Of a stretch of DNA of 64,000 nt, positions 30,007 through 40,468 are shown piece after piece. Position numbers and translations under genes: made by a program. The notes under the pieces were generated by a model, which saw only the letters and a list, made by a program, of their open reading frames with translations, was not told where the DNA came from and did no database searches. Within the stretch, counting starts at the first letter, position 1. Each line of letters opens with the position of its first letter. Origin of the DNA: a virus; the IMG/VR virus record IMGVR_UViG_3300027743_000001, positions 22,543 to 86,542 of that record; one strand, given 5' to 3'.

Positions 30007-30384
30007 GTGGCTAGACATTCTCTGTCAACCAGGCACCGTCCCGTGCCCCGGTGGGCTGCCGCGATGCTCGGCGGGCTGGTCGGATTCCTCGCCGCCATGC
30101 TCATCCTGAGTGTGCCCATGACTGTCAACCAGTCCGCGAACCCGACCGCCGGGGATGTGGAGTGGGAGTGCACCCTGTCAACCGGTACCTTCCGGATGGT
30201 CTTGGAGAACGCGGGAGATGCCCCGCGCAGCTACGCGATCCTGTTGGAGATCTCCTCCGCGCGGAAGGAAGTGCTCAGCTCCCGTGCCGTGCACGTCGTA
30301 GACGTAGCAGCTGGAGAGCGTCGCATCGTCACCGAGACCTTGCCGGTCACGACCGGAAACGACTGTGACCTGTGGGTCTGGTAG
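30007..30384 (+). CDS. Membrane-anchored beta-rich protein
   Basis: N-terminal transmembrane helix, then an Ig-like segment with two Cys. Confidence 0.55.
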   Translation: MARHSLSTRHRPVPRWAAAMLGGLVGFLAAMLILSVPMTVNQSANPTAGDVEWECTLSTGTFRMVLENAGDAPRSYAILLEISSARKEVLSSRAVHVVDVAAGERRIVTETLPVTTGNDCDLWVW

Positions 30385-30424
30385 TAAGATAGAGACATCC
30401 TCATACGGAGGGAGGGGAAAAGAG

Positions 30425-30547
30425 ATGCCGAAGTACGACGGTCCTGAAGTTGATGTTGACGTGAGTGGTGTCAACTGGGGCAACCTGCTGATCGGCGCCA
30501 TCCTCGGTCTGATTGCCGGGGTGCTCCTCGGGGTATTTGTGTTCTAA
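30425..30547 (+). CDS. 40-aa single-helix hydrophobic peptide
   Basis: RBS GGAGG, then MPKYDG...WGNLLIGAILGLIAGVLLGVFVF; terminator downstream. Confidence 0.65.
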   Translation: MPKYDGPEVDVDVSGVNWGNLLIGAILGLIAGVLLGVFVF

Positions 30548-30661
30548 GTCCCGATAGCGCGCGCTGTGGATCGTGGAGCCGGGCATGAGCCCGGCTCTTT
30601 TGCGTGCCCAGAGCGGCTACACTTGAGGGTGCTCCTACGCTGTGGGAGGGAGGGAAACATC

Positions 30662-30745
30662 ATGAGTTACGACTGGGGCGGCGTCTTCATCGGGCTGGTC
30701 ATTGGCCTTGTCGCTGGCATCCTTCTGGGTGTCTTCGTCTTCTAG
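30662..30745 (+). CDS. 27-aa hydrophobic peptide, paralog of 30425
   Basis: RBS GGAGG, then MSYDWGGVFIGLVIGLVAGILLGVFVF; same terminator stem GAGCCGGGC. Confidence 0.65.
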   Translation: MSYDWGGVFIGLVIGLVAGILLGVFVF

Positions 30746-31836
30746 TGGATCCTGTGCGCACGGGAGCCGGGCTTAGGCCCGGCTCTTTTTGTGGAGTTCT
30801 GGTTGACAGACCCTTATACTCCTCAGATGGTCATACTCCACACCAACATCCGCGTGGGTGACAGGATCCAGGTGCGCGGCCCGAGAGACTGGGAAATCGT
30901 CAAGGTCGCTTGGATCTCAGACAACGGGCTGACGTTGTGTGACAACCAGGGGAGATACCACAACACCCTTCAGGTCGCCCTGGTGACCACCGGATTCACT
31001 CGCCAGTTGGCCATGATGCACTTCATCGACGGCTCGAAGCTGGCCATCCTGATCCACTCGCTCGGAGTCCAGGAAACCCCTGCCGGCGGCTATGAGCTGG
31101 TCTACTGGACCCCGGACGGGCATGAGGAGCAGCGCGTGCCGCGCGACGTCGTACGCTCGATCACATTCGGGGACACACCATGATCTCTGATCCTTTTCAG
31201 CAGGGCTACAAAGATGCGATCTACGCGGACCAGGATTGCCTGCAGCACGGATGCGACCCGGACGTGATGATCTATCTTCCGGTGGACCCCGACATGTCAA
31301 CCACGGACTTCGCTGACTACTCGCAGGGAGCTTACGCCGCGATCGGCTGGGAGCGCGTCGTGGTGATGGACAGGGACCTGGTATGAGTGAGGACACCCCG
31401 ACCGCCGTTGGTGGCTACTGGGAAGACTGGAGTTCCCCCACCGAAGGGAAGTGGGTCTACACCACGGAGCCGTTCGAAGAGATCGCTGTGATCGAGCTTG
31501 GCGGTCCCGGTGGGCGTTGGCGGATCATCATGGAGGACTACAACGATGCTCTCCCCGATGCCATCCCTCCCATGTCAACCGCTGACCTGAAGCGCTTCGC
31601 CGAGGGTCTCCACTCGCTGGGGTACTACGGCAACATCCAGTGGTCGCGCGACCAGCGCGAGTCCGGCGCCGGCTACATCTGATGCGCTCCCCCTGGCTCT
31701 GGCTGTGGGTTTACCTGATCTTCGTGCTCGTGGTTGTGATCTCCTCTGCTCTTGAGCGCCTGCCGTTCCAGTTGTTCCGGTGACCAAATACACAAACCGT
31801 TGCCACTCGTTGACATAGGTTGCTAGTGTTCTACCT

Positions 31837-32367
31837 ATGAAACTACGAAACCTTCTCATGACCCTGCCCCTGATCGTCGGCGCCGGACTGGTGGTTGACA
31901 GCGCGCCAGCGGCGGCAGCTGCCAAGCCCCGTGTCGTCTGGGTGTACGTGCAAAACAAGAACACGGTCACCAAATACTGGCCGATCCACCGCGCTCTCAA
32001 GTTCGTGGACCAGTACACAGGAACTCAGTTCAAGTACGGGAAGTGCCCGGCCAGCGGCAAGTACAAGTGCATCACGATCAAGGAAGACTGGAAGCTGCCC
32101 CCGCTCTATGCCGGCATGGCCAACTTCATAGGACCCTACGTCCAGCTCCCCAACGGAGAAACCGACTGGAGCACCGTCATCCAGCTCCAGCCTCGCGAGC
32201 GTGGCCGCTCCTGGTGGATACGTTACGACACCGTGATCCACGAGCTGGGGCACGCGATGGGGATCTACACCCACAACGCAGACTCCTCCCGGACCATGTA
32301 CTGGATGGTCCGAGACAACAAACCGTCGTTCAGCCCGTCCGAAAAGAGAATCCTGCGCAGGCACTGA
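31837..32367 (+). CDS. Secreted metzincin-like zinc metallopeptidase
   Basis: Signal peptide, HELGHAMGIYTH, Met-turn TMY; leaderless after TAGTGT; terminator at ~32381-32411. Confidence 0.8.
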   Translation: MKLRNLLMTLPLIVGAGLVVDSAPAAAAAKPRVVWVYVQNKNTVTKYWPIHRALKFVDQYTGTQFKYGKCPASGKYKCITIKEDWKLPPLYAGMANFIGPYVQLPNGETDWSTVIQLQPRERGRSWWIRYDTVIHELGHAMGIYTHNADSSRTMYWMVRDNKPSFSPSEKRILRRH

Positions 32368-32418
32368 GCGGTTGACACAGGAAACCCCCCGGCACACCCG
32401 GGGGGTTTCTTCGTGCAC

Positions 32419-32751
32419 TTACGGGTAGGTCGGCTCAGTCGGCTGAACCGGCATCGGCTCGGTCGGCTGCGGCTGCTCCGGCTGCTGCGGCTGAGGAATC
32501 TCTTCCTTAACCTCCGTCACGAAAAGCTCGTACGCCTCTTTCAGCGCGTCGAACCTCGCTTTGGCAACCTTCTTGGCCGTGTTCTTGGCGTCGGTCTTGT
32601 CCTCGGCATACGCCTCCTTGGCAGCCTCGAACTTAGCCTCCGCCGCTTTCTTCAGCTCCATGAGCTGAGCGATGGCACCCGCCGTGGGCGCCGGCTCCGG
32701 GGTGTCCCCGTTCTCATAGTCGCTGTGTGCATGCGTAGCGTCGTTACACAT
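32419..32751 (-). CDS. Hypothetical helical protein with Pro/Gln tail
   Basis: Lys/Ala/Glu-rich ORF with RBS GGGGGTG. Confidence 0.55.
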   Translation of the reverse strand: MCNDATHAHSDYENGDTPEPAPTAGAIAQLMELKKAAEAKFEAAKEAYAEDKTDAKNTAKKVAKARFDALKEAYELFVTEVKEEIPQPQQPEQPQPTEPMPVQPTEPTYP

Positions 32752-33752
32752 TGATCTTCACCCCCTCTCAGATCACCCCTATAGTGTACGTCACACCCCC
32801 TGTGTTGACAGGCGTTGACCCACGAGCTACAGTAGGGATGTACCCACTACTGAGGAGCCGAAAATGATCCGCTGCGCACACTGCAAGGGCCGTCACCAGT
32901 ACGTTGCCGACGTCCGCTACTGCGCTGACATGGCCGCCCACTGGGCCGAGGTTCAGGCGCAGGAAGAGGCCGACGCCGAGGCTCGGCAGGAGCGCTGGAT
33001 CGAAGAGGCGGAGTACCGGCTGGCCTACGCCGAGAATGACCGTGAGGTCTGGTAGCCCCCCGTTGACATCCGAGATATAGTCTAGCTATCACCACCACAA
33101 GGAGTCGATCATGCAGAACCTCGCTCACGTTTTCATCGAGAAGCCCCAGTCCGAGATCGTGTCAACCATGGTCGCGCTGGCCAACCAGGCCCACGAGACA
33201 TGGCACCGGGCCAGCCAGGAGGGCGCGGCGCCGTCCTACATCATCGCGCTGCACGCGCGCTATCAGGCATTTCAGATAGCAGCTGAGGTCGCTCAGGGGC
33301 TGGAGTCCCGCGCATGAAGAACGACTGCAAGTCCGAACTACCTGCGCCGTTCTACGGGGTCCAGATCCATCACCAGTGCTCGGCCGGAGCAACCGGCCAC
33401 ACGGGCAATCACTACTGCGGGTGCTCGTACGAGTGGAACACCGAACTGATCATCTTGCACGCGCCCGACCAGGCGACTGCCAAACCGAGGACATCGATAT
33501 GATGCAAGACCCCGTCCACCTGTGGAATCGCCTCTCGCAGGAAGACATCGCGTGTCAACTGGAGCACCTCGCCCGGCAGGCTGAGGCTGTCTGGGAGGAG
33601 GCTGTCAACCAGGAAGGCATGGCTCCCACCATCCTCGCTGCAATGCGGGTACGTGCGCACGAGACCAGGCAGGCTGCGCTGATCGCTGCCGGCCGGAACA
33701 ACATCATGTTGGACGTGATCCAGAGGACGGTGACCCGGGAGTGGGAAAAGGC

Positions 33753-35201
33753 ATGAGGCGCCGGCTGGCTGACGATAGTGGCGCTTCTCTCATTATGGCG
33801 CTGATCTTCATCGTGGTCGTGGCCGTGGTGATGGGCGCTGTGCTTACCCTCACAGACGCGAACCTGCGCAACACCACAGCTCTGAGGGACCGAGCCGGCA
33901 AGGACTACGGCGCTGATGGCGCTGCCAAGATCGCGATCAAGCAGCTGGAGAATGACCACTACCTTGGAGGCGACTGCCCCGCGCTGAACGTCCAGGCTGG
34001 CTACGCGGTCCAGTGTGTGGCCGATGAGGGCAACTCCACCGTGGGGGACATCAACTCTGTCAACCGGCAGGCAACCGCGCTGCTCGCAATGGCTCCGGCC
34101 GGACAGGGCCTCTACTTCAACATTCAGGGCAACCCAGCTACACAGTCGATCAAGGTCAAGGGTGGGCTGTTCTCGCACTCTGACTTCGTGGTTGATCACG
34201 GCTGGCTGGATTCTCTCGGCCCGGTGACCGCGCGGGGTGACTGCCTGCTGCTGAACGACACGGCCAGGCTCACGTCTTCTAAGCAGGACTGCAAGATCAT
34301 GACGGCTGTCAACCGGCTGGGCAAGGATCCGAACTATTCCGTTCCGGCCGTGACCGGGGATGCCACTGTGCAGCCATGCACCAAGACCAAGAAGACCCCC
34401 TACGTGGTGACGCCCGGCATTCTCGACGCTGCCGACATGATCGTGCTGAACAAGCTGACCTCAAACCACGACGACTGCAAGGATGTGGTGATCTGGCTCA
34501 AACCAGGTGATTACCAGTTCAACGCGGTGTGGGAGATCAAGTCTGGCAAGGTGATTGGTGGAGGCAGCGGCGCGCCGCCGGACACTGTGGACCCCGAGAA
34601 GCAGGGATACTGCCCCGCTCCCATCCCGCTGGAGGGCCAGGAAGATACGTGGACCCCGCCGGCTGCCGACCTCGGAGTGACGATCACGTTCGGCCCATCC
34701 GCGCAGCTGTCAATGGTGCCTACGCCGACCAAGGTCACTCCCTCCATGGAGCTGTGCGGCGACTACGAGAAGAACAAGCCGCCGATCGTGTTCTATGGCA
34801 GGGCCGCTGCGCCAGATACTCTGGCCATCAAGACAGACGCTAACGCCGACTTCCGGCTGTACGTCCAGGGAACCACGTACCTGCCAACATCTGTGATTGA
34901 CCTTCACCTTAAGAAGGACGTGCTTCCGTTCTTCCGCTCTGGCATCACGTCCTACCGGTTCCGTGTAGACGGGGTTGGCAACGCCAGCTCGGTCACGCCG
35001 CTGGTGGAGACTCCGGACGCTGAGGGCACCAGCAACTCCGGCATGGTGTGGCTGGAGGTCCGTAGCACGGATGACAACACCGTTCGGCTGCGGGCCAAGG
35101 TGTACTTCTACATGGCCAAGCAGACCGAGGATGAGCCGCCGGTTCCGATTGACCCGCCCCAGTACGCCAGCAAGGTTGTCAGCTGGGCCACGCAACGATA
35201 G
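33753..35201 (+). CDS. PilX-like / minor pilin with large C-terminal domain
   Basis: Class-III-like signal RRRLADDSG-ASLIMALIFIVVVAVV and YGADGAA..AI; Cys-containing beta-rich body. Confidence 0.7.
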   Translation: MRRRLADDSGASLIMALIFIVVVAVVMGAVLTLTDANLRNTTALRDRAGKDYGADGAAKIAIKQLENDHYLGGDCPALNVQAGYAVQCVADEGNSTVGDINSVNRQATALLAMAPAGQGLYFNIQGNPATQSIKVKGGLFSHSDFVVDHGWLDSLGPVTARGDCLLLNDTARLTSSKQDCKIMTAVNRLGKDPNYSVPAVTGDATVQPCTKTKKTPYVVTPGILDAADMIVLNKLTSNHDDCKDVVIWLKPGDYQFNAVWEIKSGKVIGGGSGAPPDTVDPEKQGYCPAPIPLEGQEDTWTPPAADLGVTITFGPSAQLSMVPTPTKVTPSMELCGDYEKNKPPIVFYGRAAAPDTLAIKTDANADFRLYVQGTTYLPTSVIDLHLKKDVLPFFRSGITSYRFRVDGVGNASSVTPLVETPDAEGTSNSGMVWLEVRSTDDNTVRLRAKVYFYMAKQTEDEPPVPIDPPQYASKVVSWATQR

Positions 35202-35337
35202 GCACACAGCAAGAAGCCCCCGGGTATTACTTCCCCGGGGGCTTCTTTGGTGTTTGCTCAACTTCACCACGCTGGGAGGATCCATGCCACCTCCTGCTCC
35301 CATCACTGTAGCTTGCCAGGTATCTAGTTTGCAAGTG

Positions 35338-35366
35338 TTGACATCCTGCGTACTACCGGCTAGGTT
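35338..35366 (+). promoter_or_regulatory. SigA-type promoter of the pilin gene
   Basis: TTGACA-17-TAGGTT. Confidence 0.6.
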
Positions 35367-35411
35367 GGTCCTACACGCGGTGCTTGACCGCCTCACACCA
35401 CTGGAGTATTC

Positions 35412-35759
35412 ATGCGTACCCGTCTCATGAAGCGCTACGCCGACCTTCGCAAGAAGGAAGACGGCTTCACCCTGATCGAGCTGCTGATCGTGATCGTCAT
35501 CCTCGGCGTGCTGGCCGGCGTCGTCGTCTTCGCCGTCTCCGGCATCAACAACAAGGGCGAGGTCGCAGCCTGCAAGGCCGAGGCTAAGACCATTGAGGTT
35601 GCCTCCGAGGCTTACTATGCGCAGAAGGGCACCTACGCCGCTGCCGTCTTTGGCGCTGCCCCCATCAACAGCCTTGAGGCTGCCGGCCTGCTTCACGCCG
35701 ACACGCTAGACCCCAAGATCACGTACACCGCTGGAGTCGTGACCAACACCTGCGGATAA
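35412..35759 (+). CDS. Type IV major pilin-like protein
   Basis: Canonical prepilin site KKEDG/FTLIELLIVIVILGVLAGVVVFAV, ASEAYYAQ and a Cys pair; own terminator at ~35768-35806. Confidence 0.9.
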   Translation: MRTRLMKRYADLRKKEDGFTLIELLIVIVILGVLAGVVVFAVSGINNKGEVAACKAEAKTIEVASEAYYAQKGTYAAAVFGAAPINSLEAAGLLHADTLDPKITYTAGVVTNTCG

Positions 35760-35813
35760 GCAACAAGCAAAGGGCCGGACACCCGGGTGGGGTGTCCGGC
35801 CCTTCTGTGTTGC

Positions 35814-36488
35814 CTAGAACTTGTCCCGGAACTTCAGGATGATGCCATTGCTCAGGGTGTCTGCCAGGTGAGCGATGTGATTCTGCGAAGCGTCGTAAGC
35901 CGTGAGGCTGTCCCCGAACCGCTTCTGCAGCTCGAACGTGATCTCAGAAATCAGCTGGCTGAGGTGGATCTGCATCGCGTCCCGCATGGCCTGTTGTGGC
36001 CAGTGCACCGGGTCCGCGTTGCTCAGGAAGTCCGCGATCTGGTTTCCGTTGATCCGCCACGCGGTAACGGCTGCCGAGAGCGCTCCCTGGTTGTTGGCCT
36101 TGGCTGCTGTCAGCACAGCTACCGCTCCCGCGATGTGCGCCTTCAGGAGCCCTGTCAACCGGGCTCCGTTCGTCTCCCCGTAGTAGGGGTTGATCGAACC
36201 GCCGATGTCCTCCTGGTTGCGCAGGAGCCGAGACGCCGTAGCGTTGAACCGCTCGTTCGGCTGAGGCTCAGCGATGAACTCCACAATGGCCAGTCGCGTG
36301 TACGCGACGTGCTCGAACCACAGCTGCCGCATCTTGTCGTGGAACACTCCCTCGGCCAGCGTCGCTGGAGGAGCCACTCGTGTGGGGGTTACAGCAACGG
36401 TGGGGGTCGGAGTCGGATTCGCTTTCGTGCAAGCGGCCATGGTCAGCGCGAGGCTAGCCACCACGAAAAGCGAGAGAATTTTTCTCAT
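35814..36488 (-). CDS. Lipoprotein with His-containing helical bundle
   Basis: Lipobox MAAC, Pro/Thr linker, LWFEHVAYTR, LKAHI, MQIHL and HIAHLAD. Confidence 0.7.
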   Translation of the reverse strand: MRKILSLFVVASLALTMAACTKANPTPTPTVAVTPTRVAPPATLAEGVFHDKMRQLWFEHVAYTRLAIVEFIAEPQPNERFNATASRLLRNQEDIGGSINPYYGETNGARLTGLLKAHIAGAVAVLTAAKANNQGALSAAVTAWRINGNQIADFLSNADPVHWPQQAMRDAMQIHLSQLISEITFELQKRFGDSLTAYDASQNHIAHLADTLSNGIILKFRDKF

Positions 36489-36929
36489 TGTCTGCCCTTT
36501 CGTCCGGGTTGCTGGAGCGTAACACGTGGTCTGGGTCACAAAGAAGGCCCGTTTGTTGACACCCGTTGACAGACGAGCTAGTGTTTGTCATGTGAGCGGG
36601 AAACACCGCTCCTCCCCTTCTCCCTTAAGGAGGTGGTCATCATGACCGCCATCAACACCCTCCCCACCACCAACCTCCACTACACCTACAAGACCGTGGG
36701 CCAGCTCATCCTGGTCAACGTCGGAGACCTCAACGTGGGGCACATCGCGTGCTACCCAGAGGGCTTCAAGCTCTACTTCGCCGGGCAGGACGAGCCGGCC
36801 GGTGGCGGCGAGCTGCTGCCGACCCTGGCGGCGTGCGAGCACGTGCTCGGCCAGGCTGCGCTGCTGGCTCTGAAGGCCAAGCTGGGGGCGTGACCCCCAC
36901 GGGGGCGGCGAAAGCCGCCCCAAGAATTC

Positions 36930-36955
36930 CTCAGACGCTCCGCTGCGGAGCCGAT
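36930..36955 (+). promoter_or_regulatory. Sigma28/FliA/WhiG-like promoter
   Basis: CTCA-N16-GCCGAT. Confidence 0.65.
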
Positions 36956-38469
36956 AGGTCAGTTGTGAGCGAGGGAAAAGCCCCGCTCCCCCAAACAAAG
37001 GAGGCCCATCATGGCCAGCAAGACCATCATCTCCAGCAAGGCCAACTACGCGGCGCAGGACGCGGCTGCAGCTGCGGTTCCGGCCGGCTCGCTGGTCAAG
37101 TACAGCTACCCATTCGGCGGCAAGATCTTCTTCGCCACCGGCAAGGTGGTCAAGGCTGAGGGCAGCCAGCTGCACGTCGAGATCCTGTCTCACGATGAGT
37201 TCCCGGAGTACGTAGGGAAGACCATGTCCTGGTCCGTCTGCTGGTGCTCCAAGGTCTGAGCCCCCACGGGGGAGCCGCCAGGCTCCCCCTCCACCCCTCC
37301 CGAGAGGAACCGCTATGCAGATCCAGGTCACCGCCTACCCGAGCGTCAAGGTCCAGCTGGAGGGCAAGGAATGCACCGTCCCCGCGTGGATCGCCAACTA
37401 CGCCAGTGGCAACCCCAACGCTCGGGAGACCCTGGTCAAGAACACCCCGGAAGGCCCGATGATCGTGGACGTTCGGGTAATTTCCACCCTGGCCGACTAC
37501 AAGGAGCACACCACCTTGACCAGCAAGGACATCCTGGCCGCGATAGAGATCACTTACGGCAAGCAGCCCACCAAGGCTCGGCGCGCGGAGCTGGCCAAGT
37601 TGGGTGAGCTGCTCCGGGATGCTCTCAACGCCGAGGAAGAGGGCCAGTGACCTGCCGCCACTGTGGGGCCGCGCTCACGTACGAGCGCGGCCGGGAGGTC
37701 TACCTGGCCGCCGGGTCGATGCTGTGCACCCCGGCCGCTCGTGGAGCCCGCTGTGCTTTCGAGTCCTACCGAGCGGTTGACATCAACCCGCTGGAGCTGA
37801 AGTTCCACGATGGCTCGTGCAACTGCCAGGCCAGCATCCTGCACGTCCCGACCTTCTGAGGAGCCCCCCAGATGACCGCCCCTACGCCCACCCTGCCGTA
37901 CCTCCGGCCACGTTCGAACGGCCACATCCTCCACATCCCGGTTGACATGGAAGCTTCCGGCTGGCAGCCAGCCCTGTGCGGCACGCTCGGCCGGGAGCCG
38001 GACGTCTACCGCCGCGTCGACAAGATCTGCCGGATCTGCACTAGTCGCCTGGTCAACGGCAATGTGAGCCACGCCACTGTCTAGTGGTTGGCATCCGTTG
38101 ACACGGGCTGCTACAGTTCAGAGGTAAGCGAGAGTCACCACCAAGAGGAGCCATCATGACCACCACCGCCGCGATCATCCGGGAGTTCGCCACCGTCAAG
38201 GCCAACCGGGCGGAAGCCTTCTCCCAGACCGACTTCGTGACCGAGGGTCTTCAGGAGCGGCTGGTCAACTTCGTGAACAGTGCAGCGATCTGGGCCAGCA
38301 GCCCGCGCTCCGTGCACGTCCGGGGCAACGTCGGCCCAGACACCTACATCCTGGCCGAGCTGCTCGATCACGCCGCTGGCAACGCGGGCATGGTCTCCGG
38401 TCTGATCACCACCGATGACGCCGCCGGGCTGGTCACTCTGAGCTGGTGACGCAGGCCACACGGGAAGGG

Positions 38470-38495
38470 CTAAGGCCCTTCCCGGACCGGACGAT
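38470..38495 (+). promoter_or_regulatory. Sigma28/FliA/WhiG-like promoter
   Basis: CTAA-N16-GACGAT. Confidence 0.6.
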
Positions 38496-38819
38496 AGGAA
38501 TCATGTGAGCGGGGGAAAAGCCCCCGCCCCCGAGGCCCCAGGAGGCCGCCATGAACACCACTGCCGCGCTTGAGGCCGAGGCCGCGAAGTACAAGAGCGA
38601 GATCGCCAAGATCTTCGAGGTTCAGCGGTTCGTGGCTGCCAAGCAGCCGATCCCAATGCAGCTGGCAGCTGCCGCGCGGGTGTTGGCCAACAGGGGCCAC
38701 CTGCGCTGGTCGGACCGGGCCGGCCGGTGGATGTTCACCCCGGAGGGCCAGAAGTTCGCGGCGCAGAGTCGGAAGTACGGCCGGCGGCTCGGCCACTAGA
38801 AAAACTTTCCGGGGGAATC

Positions 38820-38845
38820 CTCAGGTGGTTCCCCCGGGTACCGAT
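38820..38845 (+). promoter_or_regulatory. Sigma28/FliA/WhiG-like promoter
   Basis: CTCA-N16-ACCGAT. Confidence 0.6.
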
Positions 38846-39251
38846 AGGAATCATGTAGCGCGGGGAATGGCCCCGCCACCGAGGCCCCTTGGAGGAGCCA
38901 TGAACGTCAAGCCCATCAGCGCCAACAACGTCGCTTTCTACAAGTACGGCAAGGTCATCGCCGTTGCCAGCCCAGAGCGGGGCGGCTGGAAGCTGGTTGA
39001 CATGTACGGCGAGGCCGTGGGTGGTGGCGAGCCGCTGCCGAGCCTGGGGGCGGCCGAGGCCGTCGTCCTCTCGAAGACCTATCAGGAGTACGTAGACAAG
39101 GCCCACGCCATGGCCGGCTGAGCAGACAAACTGGCGGCGCCGTCCCGGGAGGGGCGGCGCGGCCTTTTTGCATTTACAGAACCCCGATGAGCAGAAGAAC
39201 TACCAGGACGACCAAGATCACGCCGAGGATCCACATGTAAATCACCCCCTC

Positions 39252-39641
39252 CTAATCAGGGACGATCTCCCCATCCACAATATCGGTATCCGCCGGCTGC
39301 GGCGCCGCCGGCTCGTGCGGCCGAGCTGCGATCTGTGTCAACCGGTCCCGCAGGGCCGCGATAGCTCCGTCGTTCTGTGGGCCGCTGTCGTCGGCGTTGT
39401 CAACCGGTGCCGCTAGGCGAACCGCCACGTCCACCCGCGCGGGCAGGCCCACGCGGTCCAGGACGGCCGTAGCGGCATTCACCCGGGCCAGGTCATTGCG
39501 GCCGTTCTGCATCACGTCTGTGAGCGTGTCAACCGACAGGCTCGCGGCGCTGGCCAGGCCGAGCCAGGTTTCGCGCACGAGCGCGACCGCCTCGGAGAAG
39601 TTCGTCGGGCGGTCTGGCAGATTGGCGCTGGTCTCCATCAC
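39252..39641 (-). CDS. Possible terminase small subunit-like protein
   Basis: LTDVM...ARVNAATAVLDRVG and C-terminal IVDGEIV resemble actinophage TerS-like proteins. Confidence 0.4.
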   Translation of the reverse strand: MMETSANLPDRPTNFSEAVALVRETWLGLASAASLSVDTLTDVMQNGRNDLARVNAATAVLDRVGLPARVDVAVRLAAPVDNADDSGPQNDGAIAALRDRLTQIAARPHEPAAPQPADTDIVDGEIVPD

Positions 39642-39670
39642 TCCAGCATATCGCCTGTACGCTGTGGGCC

Positions 39671-40240
39671 ATGAATAGACGTTCTGTACTTCGTGCCGGA
39701 ATCCTGCTCCCCGTCGCCTCAGCTCTCGGCTCCGGCATGGCGGCTACGTCGTGCTCGCCGGTCGGGGGCAAGGTCACTGTCAACTGGCACCTGCCAAACT
39801 CAATCGTCGAGGTCCGCCACCCCGCGCAGGAGGTGTTCCCCCGGCTCCGGGAGATCTCCGCAGAGAACAAACGCGGGTTTGAGCGGGTGCGCTTCTGGTT
39901 TGACACGCGCATCCCGACCTACAACTGGGAGTACGTGCCGGCCAACGGCATCGTCGGGCCGGGCACGGGCGAGCCGGTCCCGATCGAGGGCCAGCAGTTC
40001 CTCCGCGTGCAGTTCGTGGAGTCCCTGGCCCACACGGATGAGGGAGCGCCTTCCATCACCAGCGCTCCCGGCCGGCCGCTGTTCGGGTTTGATCTTCTTC
40101 AGGACTGGGTGCTCGCCGGGGACTTCGAAGCTCAGGTAGATCTTGGCATCGGGCTCCGCTCGGCTGCCCCGCTGGAGGTCCGAACCGTGGAGGGCGAAGA
40201 TCGCGGCCTGAAGTGGGTGGCTTTCGACTTCCGCGCCTAG
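39671..40240 (+). CDS. Tat-exported AMIN-like domain (lipo)protein
   Basis: MNRRSVL twin-arginine signal; ERVRFWF...GDFEAQVDLGIG. Confidence 0.65.
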   Translation: MNRRSVLRAGILLPVASALGSGMAATSCSPVGGKVTVNWHLPNSIVEVRHPAQEVFPRLREISAENKRGFERVRFWFDTRIPTYNWEYVPANGIVGPGTGEPVPIEGQQFLRVQFVESLAHTDEGAPSITSAPGRPLFGFDLLQDWVLAGDFEAQVDLGIGLRSAAPLEVRTVEGEDRGLKWVAFDFRA

Positions 40241-40468
40241 TCCCGCCAGTGCGTGTCAACCGCGTCTGTGATCTCCTGCCAGCACCTGATCAACTCGTCG
40301 TTCGTGATCACTGTCTTGTGGCCAGCCGACACGATGACAGCCGCGCTTGCCGCCTTCACGCTGAACTCGTTGAGTAGCGCGATGAACTCCGTCTTGGTCA
40401 TTCCGCGAGACTAGCACGCGCTCGGCTGTGTGGTTGACACGTGTTGGCAAGACTGCTACTATAGGTTT

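Larger units (their letters stand above)
36642..39121 (+). other. Array of small individually promoted genes (36642-36893, 37011-37259, 37315-37650, 37647-37859, 37872-38084, 38156-38449, 38551-38799, 38900-39121)
   Basis: Most have a strong GGAGG-type RBS; several have repeated leader hairpins and promoters. Confidence 0.7.

Noticed and set aside
36585-38882. Possible CRISPR-like repeat array
   Set aside because: Repeats are degenerate, hundreds of bases apart and separated by whole genes; no cas genes.
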